From positions 74,462,001-74,526,000 of the forward strand of contig NC_042999.1 in assembly GCF_006345805.1 (NCBI RefSeq): a stretch of DNA of 64,000 bases, read 5' to 3'. The DNA is from Octopus sinensis. Its lineage: Eukaryota. Shown here one piece after another: positions 40,136 to 51,549 of this stretch (position 1 is its first letter; every line of letters begins with the position of its first letter). The position numbers and the translations under genes were made by a program. Below the pieces are notes generated by a model. It had not been told where the DNA came from, ran no database searches, and saw only the letters and a list, made by a program, of their open reading frames with translations.

Positions 40136-40648
40136 TAAACCCAGGAAGACATGGGACAAAGAGGTGAAGCATGATCTTTGAAATTTGGGCCATACAGAAG
40201 CAATGACTAGTGATTGAGACCTTTAGCAATATGCTGTGGTTGAGAAGACCCATCAAGCCAAGCGAAATTGTAGTCTTGGCTGATGCTGGTGTCATATAAC
40301 TGGCACTCATGCCAGTAACACGTAAAAAGCATCGTTTGAATGTTGGGACTTATGGAGCCAATGACCAAGAACTTTGGCATTATGTTGTGCTTGAGAAGAA
40401 GACCCATCAAGCCAAGAAGAATTGCAGTCATGGCAGATACCGTTGTCACACAAATGGCACCTGTGTCAGTGACAAGTAAAAGCAGCACCCATTACACTCT
40501 TGGAGTGGTTGCAATTAGGAAGGGCATCCAGCCATAGAAACCATGCCAAACTTGACTGGGGGCTGGTGCAGCCATCCAGCTTGCCAGCCTTGGTGAAACC
40601 ATCCAACCCATGCCAGCATGGACAATGGACACTAAATGATGATGATGA
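40136..40648 (+). mobile_element. RTE family A 3' end
   Basis: KPRKTWDKEVKHDL, 3' UTR, (GAT)n tail. Confidence 0.82.
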
Positions 40649-40659
40649 AGTTTTATGAT

Positions 40660-41480
40660 CTCTTGATGTTATGAAGAATGTCTTAGCTAGTAATACATTT
40701 CCTTTTCACTTTCCTCAGATTCTTGTAGAATACAGAATGGAACTTGCTGCAGATTGACAATGCATCCTTCAATTCCAATATCCTTCAACTACTTAGGTAG
40801 CAGTTTGGGTGATGTGCTAGGGGCACCAATTACCACAGGAACAATTATAACTTTTGCATTCTACAATCTCCTAATCTCTCTGGCTAAGGTCTTGATAGTT
40901 CACAATTTTCTTAGTTTCTTTGATGTCCACTCTCCTCTCATATAATACTGTGTAGTCTATGAGCATACACATTATTTTTTTGCCTTCATCTATCATATCT
41001 GGTCTCCTTGCTTCAAATAGTTATCATTCACCATCACAATCTGTGGCTCATGCCACTGTTCTGTTATTTTGAATGCACACACATGGTTTACATCCCAATA
41101 TACTCTTTTACTGACACAATCATACTTGTGGATATATTCTTATTGCGCTGCCTTACTACATTCACTTAAGAGATGCTTAATGCTTTTACCTTCTATTCCA
41201 CAGTTGTCTTTACTCTCTGATTGAGTTTTATCAAACTTTGTTTGCACCAAGTGTGTTCTAATAATTTGTTTCTGAATTGCTACAATTAACAATTCTATTT
41301 TTCATTTTAGGTTTTTACCTATCATTCACAACCAGCATTTTTCACTTCCAACATCCTCGGATTGGTGCATGAAATGGCCATGTAAATGCTTCTTTCTAAT
41401 TAAGTGTCCTGCCATCCTTCTTTTTGCTCTTGAATTCTCTCACTGCTTCAGTGACTTTTTGGACGTCTGCAGAGAGTATT
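40660..41480 (-). mobile_element. Degenerate 3' fragment of another R4/Dong-like element
   Basis: HLHGHF, ARRPDMI, DLA.EIRRL..VIIVPVVIGA remnants of the finger/RLE region. Confidence 0.6.
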
Positions 41481-42119
41481 CTTTTTTCATTATGCACAAA
41501 CACAATTTTTCAAAGCTTATATCAAAGCACTGATGGTGACAGTAATTAATTTATCATCGGCAGCTAGAACTTGACTGTCAATTCCCAGTGGTTTTAATTC
41601 TTAGTGGACGTAGTATACTAACTACTGCCTTAGAGCTTTTGATGGAGATAAGGAGATAGAAAAAATCGTAGCTATATTACCATCTCATGAGCCCCGTCAT
41701 TATTCTTTTCTGCCACTAAGTTCATTCTGCTACAATAATAGCAGCATGACATTCTTTCATTCTTCAGTTCTGATGAAATATTTGTTAAAAATTATAATGC
41801 AGTATCCTGTATGTTGAAAACCTATATTATTCATCCGAAGATGGTGATATATTTTCAAATTGATATAATGCTTGCGTTGTTCGATTAAATGGAGCTGCCT
41901 GAAATGGCTGTAATGAACTAATACCTTAATCTCCTTGTTACTTATTTACTTTCTACACACACACACACACACACAAATAAAACTATGTATCTATATTTAT
42001 ATGTATCTCTCTCTCTCTTTCTCTCTTTATATATATATATATATATAATAAACCTTTACATAAATAAATAACATGAAATACACGAAGGGACGAACAAAAC
42101 GACAAACGATATATATACA

Positions 42120-42154
<35 letters not shown>

Positions 42155-42249
42155 TTGTATGTATGTATGTATGTATGTATGTATGTATTATATTATCATG
42201 TACTTTCAGTGAGAGAAAGAGAGCAAGAGAGTTAGCAAAAAAATCTCAC

Positions 42250-42445
42250 CTTGACATTCTTCTTCCAAGAAACCAACATTCGTGAGACCAATATATTGAC
42301 CCATTCCATACCCATGTGTTACAATAAATTCAATATCTGTATCTTCATTTGTTACCTGAACACATCCAGATAGCCATGCAAATGATGGAGCAACACTAAC
42401 TTCTTCAAACACAAGTTCCTTTCCTTTTGCAGTTTCAATCTCAAT
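42250..42445 (-). CDS. Host gene exon D: C-terminal part of MAM domain 2
   Basis: Acceptor tttttcag|ATT, donor CAAG|gtgaga; 196 nt, phase 0-1, in frame with exon C. Reads IEIETAKGKELVF..WLSGCVQV..IEFIV..YIGLTNVGFLEEECQ. Confidence 0.85.
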
Positions 42446-42547
42446 CTGAAAAATATATATATACATATTATATGATAGTTTGCATACATACATGTGTGCA
42501 TGCACACACGCACACACACACACACACACACACACCACACACACACA

Positions 42548-42591
<44 letters not shown>

Positions 42592-42594
<3 letters not shown>

Positions 42595-43640
42595 GATTGT
42601 AACCAAATGAGGTTTATTTTCCAACGTAGTCCACTTGCTGTCCACACACGTCTTCCATCACTGCTGCAATGCTTGAATCCCATTGGTGAACAAGCTTTTA
42701 ACCTGTTGGTCAAAAATGTCATCAAAAGTAGATGTAACATCATTATCACTGCGACTCTGGTTTGCAGCCAAATGTTTTGTCATGTTTGAAAACAGACAAT
42801 AATCAGATGGGGCCAAATCAGGAGAATAGGGAGGCTGATCCACCAGTTTAAACCACAGTCAGGCTTTGCAGTCATTAAAATCAAGGACTTGTGTACTGGA
42901 GCATTGTCCTGATGAAACAAAACTCCTTTCGTCAGTTTTCTTGGGCGTTTGGCTTTCATAGCCTTTTGTAACTCTCACGGCATATTGGTGTAGCCCTTTT
43001 CAATAAACACAATCCTTTTTGCGTCCCCAAAACTGAGGCCTTCATTTTCCCTGCAGATGAAACATCCTTGGCCTTCGCTGGAGAAAATGAGGGGTATTTC
43101 CACTGCCTGAATTATCTCTTAGTCTCTGACTCAAAGTGATGACATCAACACTCATCCTGGATTAAGAAACATCCAGGAAAACTATTTGAATCTGCCTTAA
43201 ACAATGTCAGATTTTCCCGTGATGTCATCAGGTTGGTGTGCTTTTGATCAGAAACCTCTGTCATGCTGAGTTCATCGTGCAAAATATTCTCAACTTTCTC
43301 ATGGGATGTGCTGATGGCATTGGCTACTTGATCTATAGTCAATTGCCTATCATCCATTACAATCAATGTTTTCCTCGGTGATGGCACTTGCACGACGTCA
43401 AGACCTTGGGTCATCTTCAAGACTCTCCCTTTCCTCTTCTAAATTTAGCTGCCCACTTTTGTACTGCTGATCTTATAGTGTCACCCCCTAATGTATCAAC
43501 AATGTCGGCATGAATGTCGTTGGGGGTTAAAAACTTTTTCTGCAGGTACTTGTTAACCCCACAATGTTGAATTATGTTCATTTGCAAGAGAAGTCATAAC
43601 TACTTACTTTTAAAGTCTTTGAGAAGTCACGTGTCAGTTT
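42592..43640 (-). mobile_element. Degenerate mariner transposon
   Basis: ESLEDDPRS, RQLTIDQVA, PPYSPDLAPSDYCLFSNM and GIQALQQ.WK.CV motifs. Confidence 0.85.
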
Positions 43641-43658
43641 GGTTGGAAAGAAACATTA

Positions 43659-44448
43659 CATCATCATCGTTGTCGTTTAATATTTGCTCTCCATACAGGC
43701 ATGAGTTGGATGGTTTAACTAAGAACTAGCAAGCCAGGGAGCTGCACTAGGTTCCAATATGATTTGGCATGGTTTCTACTGCTGGATGTCTTTCCTAACA
43801 TTAACCACTCCGAGAGTGTAGTGAGTGCTTTTCACGTGCCATCGACACCGGAGCCAGTTAGATAGCTTTGGCATCATCCACGCTCGAATGGTGCTTTTTA
43901 TGTTCCACCGGCACGGATGTCATTCAGGTGGCACTGGCATCATCCATGCTCGAATGGTGCTTTTTATGTGTCACTGGCATCATCCATGCTCGAATGGTGC
44001 TTTTTATGTGTCACTGGCACGAGAGCGTCAGGTGGAACTGGCATCAGCCATGCTCTAATGGTGTTTTTTACAGGCAGCACTGGCATTGGCCACGACTACA
44101 ATTTCACTCGGTTCAACAGGTGTTCACAAGCACGGCATATCGACCAATGATAAAAGGGTGGTTTTAAATGGCCCAGTTATGCAACACTGGCATCGGCCAC
44201 GACTACAATCTTACTTAGCTTGCCATGTCTTTTCAAGCATGGCATATCTCCAAAAGTTTCGGTCACTTGTCATTGCCTCTGTGAAGTCCAACGTTCGAAG
44301 GTCATGCTTCACTACCTCATCCCATGTCTTCCTGGGTCTACCTCTTCCAAAAAATTCCCTTCACTGTTAGGGTGTGACACTTCTTCAAGCAACTATCCTC
44401 ATCCATATGCATCACATGACCATACCAGTGCAGTCGTCTTTCTTGCAC
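43659..44448 (-). mobile_element. RTE family A 3' end
   Basis: GRPRKTWDEV region, tandem-repeat 3' UTR, (GAT)n tail. Confidence 0.85.
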
Positions 44449-44899
44449 AATGCATGCAATATTTCATAGCTCTTTCATTAATCCTTCATAGTCAGCTTAT
44501 GAATTTTTTTGCCCATCCTCATATGCAACATTTAGGCTAACTTGATGATTTTTTATGTCACCTTTTTTCAATAACAGCTTGATGTTTTGGTGAACAATCA
44601 ATAGTATTGGAGAGCATGACGATTAAAGAGGTAGTTGAGAAAAAGTTAGATGGCATGAGAACAGGAAACCATCTAACTATTGGAAAAAGGTTACCAGTAT
44701 CATAATTATTTGCACCAGATATCAAAATGTCAACATTATGCCCACTGATCAATACTTTGTAAACACTGTAAAGGCTGTATGATGTGAGATGAAGATCATG
44801 GAAACCAATTTCTCCCAAACTGTGATGGTTTTTGGGTGTGTCTCTAGTGTGGGTGATGTCATTCCACTCCACATCTTTGAATAGTGCTTTATGCTCAGT

Positions 44900-45108
44900 T
44901 TTGACAGCTGTTTGAAGCTGTTGGAAACTGTGGTCAGACTCTAGCTGGAGGCAGTTGCTGCAAGAAGACCATATGTCTGGAAGCAAGATTTGGCTCCTTG
45001 CCATACTTCTGGAAAGAGTCAGAAGTGGTTGCCTGAGAATTTCTATAACTTTACTAGCCCCCATTTCTGGCCTCCTTATTCTCCTGGTTGTAATCACATA
45101 GATTATGT
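44900..45108 (+). mobile_element. DD37D transposase fragment
   Basis: RPYVWKQDLAPCHTSGKSQKWLPENFYNFTSPHFWPPYSPGCNHIDY; 37 residues between the two Asp. Confidence 0.75.
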
Positions 45109-45950
45109 TGTAGGAAAAATCGTACACTCCATCCCACGTGACAAAGTGGGATGAACCAGCCGCTACAAAAGTCAGACAGTCAGTCGTTGTAGGAAGTCAG
45201 TAGTAGTAGAATCATCGTATGAGTTCTTAGTTGGAGCCAGTGTCGGTTACATGATATATACGAGTTTGAGTTATTGTTAAGATAGACGCTCAAATCATTG
45301 TCTTGCGGAGCTATCAACAATAGCACAACAGACATGTCAAAGATAATAAGATGCGAAATATCACCACAATATAATAGTGGCGATAAGTAAATTATAGTAC
45401 TGACAACAGTTTACAAGCGGATGAAGATCCACATTATAACAATGTCGACGAAGATATAAACAATTCATGCAAACAACGTTGAAAAAAAGAATTTTTTTCA
45501 TGAGTAAAACAATTTACATGGACAACAATGAAAAAATGTTCACATGGAGATATTAAAACTTCAAGAGGAGTAACAAACATTTTTATTGTATGTATTTTAC
45601 GAAAAATCCGTGAAATTAGGGAAAACCTGTTAGAGGGTTTAGTTGAGTTGTAAAAACAGCAACAACAACAATTCAAAGACCAAGAACAACAACAAATGTT
45701 ACAGCAACAAATGCTATAACTAATGAAGTCGGTAACAAAACTGAAAAATACCTTTTCACCAGACCATGTAGCAAATTCTATAAATGAATTTAAATATAAC
45801 TGAGAAGAAGGAATCACTTTCGAGGCATATTACCGAAGATTTGAACAAATATTCGTAAAAGAATGTTAAGACTGGACAGGCGAAATGAAAAAACCTCTAA
45901 TTCTGAGGAAACTGGTGGCGATAAAGCATAAGAAATACTGTATCTTTGCC
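45107..45950 (+). mobile_element. Gypsy-type LTR retrotransposon 5' fragment (LTR + PBS + gag start)
   Basis: TGTTGT start, ...ACCACA at about 45368 followed by TGGCG (PBS-like). Then Q-rich QQQMLQQQML..VANSINEFKY..EGITFEAYYRRFEQIF..W..K..LILRKL, resembling K02A2.6/Mag-type gag N-termini. Confidence 0.65.
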
Positions 45951-47695
45951 TAAAACCGTATACTCTGCACTGTGGTTGGCATTAGAAAGAGCATTCAGCC
46001 ATAGAAATACTGCCAAAACAGACACTGGAGCTGGACAAGTCCTTTGACCTGTCAGATCCTATCAAATCATTCAACTCTTGGCAGTATAATAGAATATGGA
46101 CACTAAGCAATGATGATAATGGTGATGTTGATATGTGCGTGCGTGTGTATTTACACACACACACACACACACACACCACACACACACACACACATCAGTA
46201 TCATTTTCATCTTTTTTTATCCATTTTAATGCTGAAATGGTTTGGATGGGCCATCATGGCTTGACTTCTTAGAAGGTACTACAATGTCCTTGGATGTTTT
46301 CAAATACTTTCTGCCATTGGATGCTCTTCATAACACCAAATACTTTACAGAGTGTTCTGAATGCATTTTATCATGGCACTGGCACTGAAGAGGTCACAAA
46401 CTTCTCAAAATAACAACACTAAAGGGACTTCTTGTTCCTATGTTGCCTCTACTTATTAGTCATTCATCAACTACATCACAGTGTGTTCAGTATGCATTTC
46501 ATCATGGCATTAACAGTAGTAAAGTTGCCTGGTATTTTGAAGCATGTAAAAGACTGCATTGTCCTTCATCACCCACTTTTGTTTTTTACCAGCAGAAATA
46601 ATTGTTCCCTAAACTTTCTCCAACTTGTTCAATTACATTTTCAGGTCACCGACCTTTGCAGCTAATTAGGTCACCTAGATTAACAGAAGTTACCTATTAC
46701 TGCTAGAGAGCTTTCAAGGTATTTAAGAAAATCTAGTTTTTGTGTCTCTGTGGACTTATGAAGTCTACTTTCTCTGTGAGCGTACTTGATATCTCACTAT
46801 ATAGTTTGTGTGTCCATAGTTTACACAAGGTACGCCATATAGAATTATTACCCCCTTCATTTCTGTATACTGAGCATGGCCAATTCACTGACATTTGATT
46901 TGGCCCTTTCTTATTTTCTACTTGCTGTCACCTTAATCTTTGCTATGTTTACTTTGAAGGTTCTCTGTAGATTTGGCAATAAATCAAAAAGAATATTACA
47001 TTAATAATACATCCCAGTCCCCAAAATTGATTCAGAAAAAGGCTAGAAATACATTCCTATACTGATTTAATAAATTTATAAGTTCTATGGTGTTATATCA
47101 TATCTCTTATATACAGATTGTTCAACATATTCTAGTACACAGTTCATATCCTCATTGGAATACTCATTTATGTTTGTGACATGTGACAAAAGCATTTAAT
47201 TCTTGTAAAGGATAAGTCAAGAAAATAAAGTTTATGTCTGTCAGTAGCTGGAGCATTGTAAAATTGATAAGTGTTCTGATAGTTTGAAATACTGGATTTA
47301 AGTTCCTTTGTGGTGCCTTAGAAAACACTGGGAAAATAATTTGGTAATTAGATTCAGACCAAAGTCATTATTATTTATATTGAATTTAAACTGTAGTTTT
47401 AATTAAGAATTAGTGAAACTAAGTTATATTGCATGAAACTAAGATACATTCCAAAGATCCATTGCATAGAGAAAAATACTCCAGTGTTTCATTAATGAGA
47501 GCCCTAAAATTCTTGAAACTCCCTATCATCAAGATTGATTATTTCTATCATAGACATAAGACATTGCTAGTCATTGTAAAAGTACCGTTGATTTTATAAC
47601 TGATTGTTGTGCATTATCAATCATCCATTTGTTTTCATAAAAATATTTCTCTGTGAATATGCTTATCATTTGAAGAGAAAAACTATTTGACCATA

Positions 47696-48105
47696 GGCAC
47701 AGGAGTGGCTGTGTGGTAAGTAGCTTGCTAACCAACCACATGGTTCCGGGTTCAGTCCCACTGCGTGGCATCTTGGGCAAGTGTCTTCTTCTATAGCCCC
47801 GGGCCGACCAATGCCTTGTGAGTGGATTTGGTAGACGGAAACTGAAAGAAGCCTGTCGTATATATGTATATATATATGTATTTGTGTGTATGTTTGTGTC
47901 TGTGTTTGTCCCCCTAGCATTGCTTGACAACCAATGCTGGTGTGTTTACGTCCCCGTCACTTAACGGTTCGGCAAAAGAGACCGATAGAATAAGTACTGA
48001 GCTTACAAAGAATAAGTCCCAGGGTCGATTTGCTCGACTAAAGGCAGTGCTCCAGCATGGCCACAGTCAAATGACTGAAACAAGTAAAAGAGAAAGAGAA
48101 AGAGA
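47696..48105 (+). mobile_element. tRNA-derived SINE, well preserved (Octopus-type)
   Basis: A-box-like TGGCTGTGTGG, B-box-like GGTTCAGTCCC, CORE-like CTTGGGCAAGTG, internal (TA)/(TG) tract, (AAAGAG)n tail; at least 4 homologues in the window. Confidence 0.92.
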
Positions 48106-48109
48106 ATAC

Positions 48110-48246
48110 CTGAAGTTTGCCAGCTCCTTGCTGGAGATAATAATCAAAGAATAAACTATGGCCTGCTGGGGGTTCAACATTTGGAAAAGAAAGATGTGTC
48201 ACGTCTTCAGGTTTGCCATTTATAGAATCAACATACATGTAATAGT
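48110..48246 (-). CDS. Host gene exon C: middle of MAM domain 2
   Basis: Acceptor ttttctttcag|AC, donor CAG|gtattc; 137 nt, phase 1-0. Reads HYYMYVDSINGKPEDVTHLSFP..SLFFDYY..GKLQ (MAM YMYVDS motif). Confidence 0.85.
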
Positions 48247-48519
48247 CTGAAAGAAAAGCAAGAAAATGGGAATTAAAGGACAAAACAATGACATGTTCAT
48301 TACTAGTTTCTTTTATTGCCAAAAAAGTAGTTGATAAGGAACACTATAAGAACAAATGACAGCATTATTTCCTCCTCTTCCTTCTCTTATTTTGATTGTG
48401 AATGTTAACGTATGATGGACTCTCCTGTGGAAGATGATGTATATGTGTTCAGTTTTTGCTGAATGTCCTGCACAAGTGAATTGTTTATAGTAATCAAATG
48501 CTTGTGCTGTACATAAGCT

Positions 48520-48708
48520 CCCTCCCTCCATTCAATCGACATTTGCTGAACAGATGCGTGGTGTACAACATGTCTGGTGTCGAAGTGTTCACAGAGCAAC
48601 GTGAGATGAAGTGTTTTGTTCAAGAATACAATGCACCATCCAGTCTAGGAACTGAAACTATGATCTCATGATCATGAATGCAACACCCTAACCACTAGGC
48701 CATGTGTC
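48520..48708 (-). mobile_element. Degenerate tRNA-headed SINE (related to 59050-59372)
   Basis: gagcaacgtgagatgaagtg..ttg.tcaaga..acaa and ctaaccactaggcca head. Confidence 0.6.
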
Positions 48709-48945
48709 CTGAATGCATTCACTACTACTACTACTGCTGTGGTAGCAACTGTAAGTAGTAGTAGTAGCTTCAGCAGCAGTTGGAGGAGTAGGAGAAGCAC
48801 TATAAATATCTCAAATTTAGTAAAATGTCAAAATATAATGGATTTTTTAAAGAGGAAATTTTACTGAAGGTATCTTAACCTTAATAATAACTATTTGATA
48901 ACGGTTTACAGAATATATGATAATGCATTATAATATCTGACTTAC

Positions 48946-49098
48946 GTCTGTCATTTGAGTAGCGATGAAGATATGGAATCTCTCGGTAATCTGAAGAAGA
49001 TCCTTGGCTCCAGTTATATCTGGTATTCTCTGGACATTTAACTTGGAAATTGCACAGATGTACTTCTTTGAATTTGCAAAAATGGTATGTAAGACCCA
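48946..49098 (-). CDS. Host gene exon B: N-terminal part of MAM domain 2
   Basis: Branch-like cactaat then tttcaacag|TG; donor AGAC|gtaagt; 153 nt, phase 1-1. Reads LGLTYHFCKFKEVHLCNFQVKCPENTRYNWSQG..., with the MAM CxF...C start and W. Confidence 0.8.
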
Positions 49099-49710
49099 CT
49101 GTTGAAACACATGATCAATAAAATTAGTGAATTTATAGAAGACAAAATAAAATGGAAAATCATATAGTTAATTTAAATCATCAAATAATTTATTTGAAAT
49201 ATAAGCTTTGAACAATGAAAGTATAAGAATGTGCAACAAGAATAGTAAATTTATTCAATATTTTAAGTCTGATAAGTTCAAATTGGGAAATGAAAAATGT
49301 TAAATTAATGGTATTACATTTCCCTTGAAGACTTTAAATCACATTACATTCTCTGATATGACCGTTGATAAAAATAACATAAATTTGCATATTAAAAAAG
49401 AATCAAGCATACAAAGCATAAGACAACTGAAAAATTAGTTGAAAAACTGTCTCAAGAATTTATAGGTTAATATCAATGTCATTCCCTGCTCATCTTTTTA
49501 TTATACTCTATGTTTATGGAACTTTCCATGATAGTTCTGATATTGTGTACAATTAACATTTCATTTTAAAGATTTTATTTCATGTTTAGAACTTATTAAA
49601 GACAAAATATTGAATAGACTTTTTATTCTTCAACATCGTGGTACTTATCATTATTCTTCTTTGTTTAAAACTATGCATTCATATTATCAAAAATAATAAC
49701 TCCCGTATTA

Positions 49711-50292
49711 TCTACCTATATAAAGAGGAAAAAAACTTGCACACTTTGACTTTGTTAAGGATTCAATGACACTAGATATGCTAAGATTGAGCTGAAAATT
49801 GGCAAGGATACTAAATGCGTGGTGAGGATGCGACCCGCGATGGTTAAAATTTGCAAGCTATAAAGATGTGGTTGCTATGGCAAAAATATTGATTTTTAAA
49901 AATATTTCAGCATTCAGAAATAGATATGTTTTAAGGGGAACAACTCAGTAGTTTCAATGATTACATTTACAAGTAACGACTGTGCATAAATATCAAGATT
50001 ACTTATCTGTTGCGAAATAATGTGTGTGTGCATGTGTGCGTGTGTGCGTGCATGAGTGTGTGCATGTGTGTGTGTGTGTGTGTGTGCATGCATACGAGCG
50101 CGAGAGTAGCTGTTAATTCAATCGAACATAAAGAAATAAAAAAAGGAGTTAAAAAAGCAATTAATAATCTTAAGAATAAATACATCAAACTTGATAGTAT
50201 AAAAGGTAGCAAAGAATGATAAAAGATAGTAAGAGTAGAAATTAATATTATTTTTAGCATATAAGGGATCCACTGAGTGGTCTCTACTCTTG
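49711..50292 (+). mobile_element. Non-autonomous Helitron-like element, copy 1
   Basis: A|TCTACCTATATAAAG 5' end; 3' imperfect hairpin GGGATCCAC-TGA-GTGGTCTC followed by CTTG|T. Confidence 0.55.
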
Positions 50293-50296
50293 TCTA

Positions 50297-50806
50297 TCTA
50301 CCTATATAAAGAGGAAAAAAACTTGCATACTTTGGCTTTGGTAAGGATTCAATGGCACTAGACGTGTTAGGATTGAGCTGAAAATTTACACACCTATAGA
50401 AGGCGTGGTGTAGTTAAGGCCAGAGTAGGTTTCAAGTCTCTATCTAGATAACAAAGGCCCAAAACAATGCATTTTCTGCGAGTGAGTGGATGTCATACAC
50501 TATTGCCTTGAGTTGTTGGATTCTATGCGTGACTGTGCACGTGTTTGCATGAATGCAACAGAAAAATGGGGCAAAAACACGTTCAATTTTTGTGTTTTTT
50601 GAAAAACAAGATATGAGCATATACGTAGAAAAATTTCCTGAATCGATTGGAGCAAGTTTGAATTCTCTAGCTTGAAAAATGCAAATTCTAGCAGTTTTGG
50701 GTGTGCCATTTTAAGGAGTTCTCAGTTGAAAATGGTGTCAAAAATAGCTCAAAATAAGAGAATTATTTTGCAGACTGAATTGCCACAAAAATCGAATGGG
50801 AAGTGC
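50297..50806 (+). mobile_element. Non-autonomous Helitron-like element, copy 2 (same 5' end as copy 1)
   Basis: About 90 bp of 5' sequence shared with 49711-49800, then diverges; no clear 3' end. Confidence 0.5.
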
Positions 50807-51176
50807 TCTTTATATATATAAAGCTGAAGTTGTCGGTGTATGGCAGGTTTGGTAGCCTTCAACTAAAACCATCTCCTCCGAGACCCTGCGGTGCAAGTTG
50901 ACCAAAATTGGGAGTATGATAGAAAAAGGCTTGCTCTTCATTCCATAGAAGAAAAAATTCCAAATTATTTACATCAAAAAGATGCTTTTTTCTTTGCAAA
51001 TCCCTATTTTTTTTACAATTTTTTGACTGCTGTGTCGCCATTTTTGGTGTATTTCAACCAGAAGAATGTTCACTTAAAGAGAATAACAAGCTACAAAATG
51101 CAAAATTTTTACTTTTCAAAAATTCCAATTCTAAAGGGTCGAAACAAACCTGAGCAATGCAGGGCGATACTGCTAG
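50807..51176 (+). mobile_element. Non-autonomous Helitron, different family
   Basis: 5' TCTTTATATATATAAAG; 3' hairpin CCTGAGCAATGCAGG then CTAG|T, the canonical Helitron 3' structure. Confidence 0.75.
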
Positions 51177-51549
51177 TACTATATAAATTTTCTTTTTAAT
51201 TTCTGTAAGTTTCAACCATTCTAAATATTTTTAGAAGTTTGGTAGGTGATATAAAAGATTAACTAGGATTACTTACTATTAGTATAAATATATTCCTAAA
51301 AACTCTTTTAGTAGAATATTTGAAAATTCAATGATCTGATGATAAAATTGAAACTATGGACTCTTGGTTTGGACAAAATTGATATATGTTTAAGTATGAG
51401 AGTGCATAGCTGAATGGCTAAGTAGTTCACTTCTCTAACAAAAGATTTTAGATTCTATTCTACTTTCTTGGCATGTAGAGAAAGTTTCTGCTTCAAATCC
51501 TTGGATTAATTCAACCATTCTGAATGAACTGGGTAGATAGAAAAATATG

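Noticed and set aside
42352-42789. CV/HT-repeat ORFs (also 14145-14327, 14825-15152, 50003-50260)
   Set aside because: Translations of (CA)n, (GA)n and (TATG)n tracts.
44558-45127. 189-aa minus-strand ORF
   Set aside because: Partly antisense to a DD37D transposase fragment, no recognisable domain, does not fit the host exon chain.
49062-49067. AAGAAG tandem acceptor for exon B whose first AG would create an in-frame TAA
   Set aside because: A better acceptor (cactaat branch, tttcaacag) at 49099-49100 keeps the frame and restores the first MAM cysteine.
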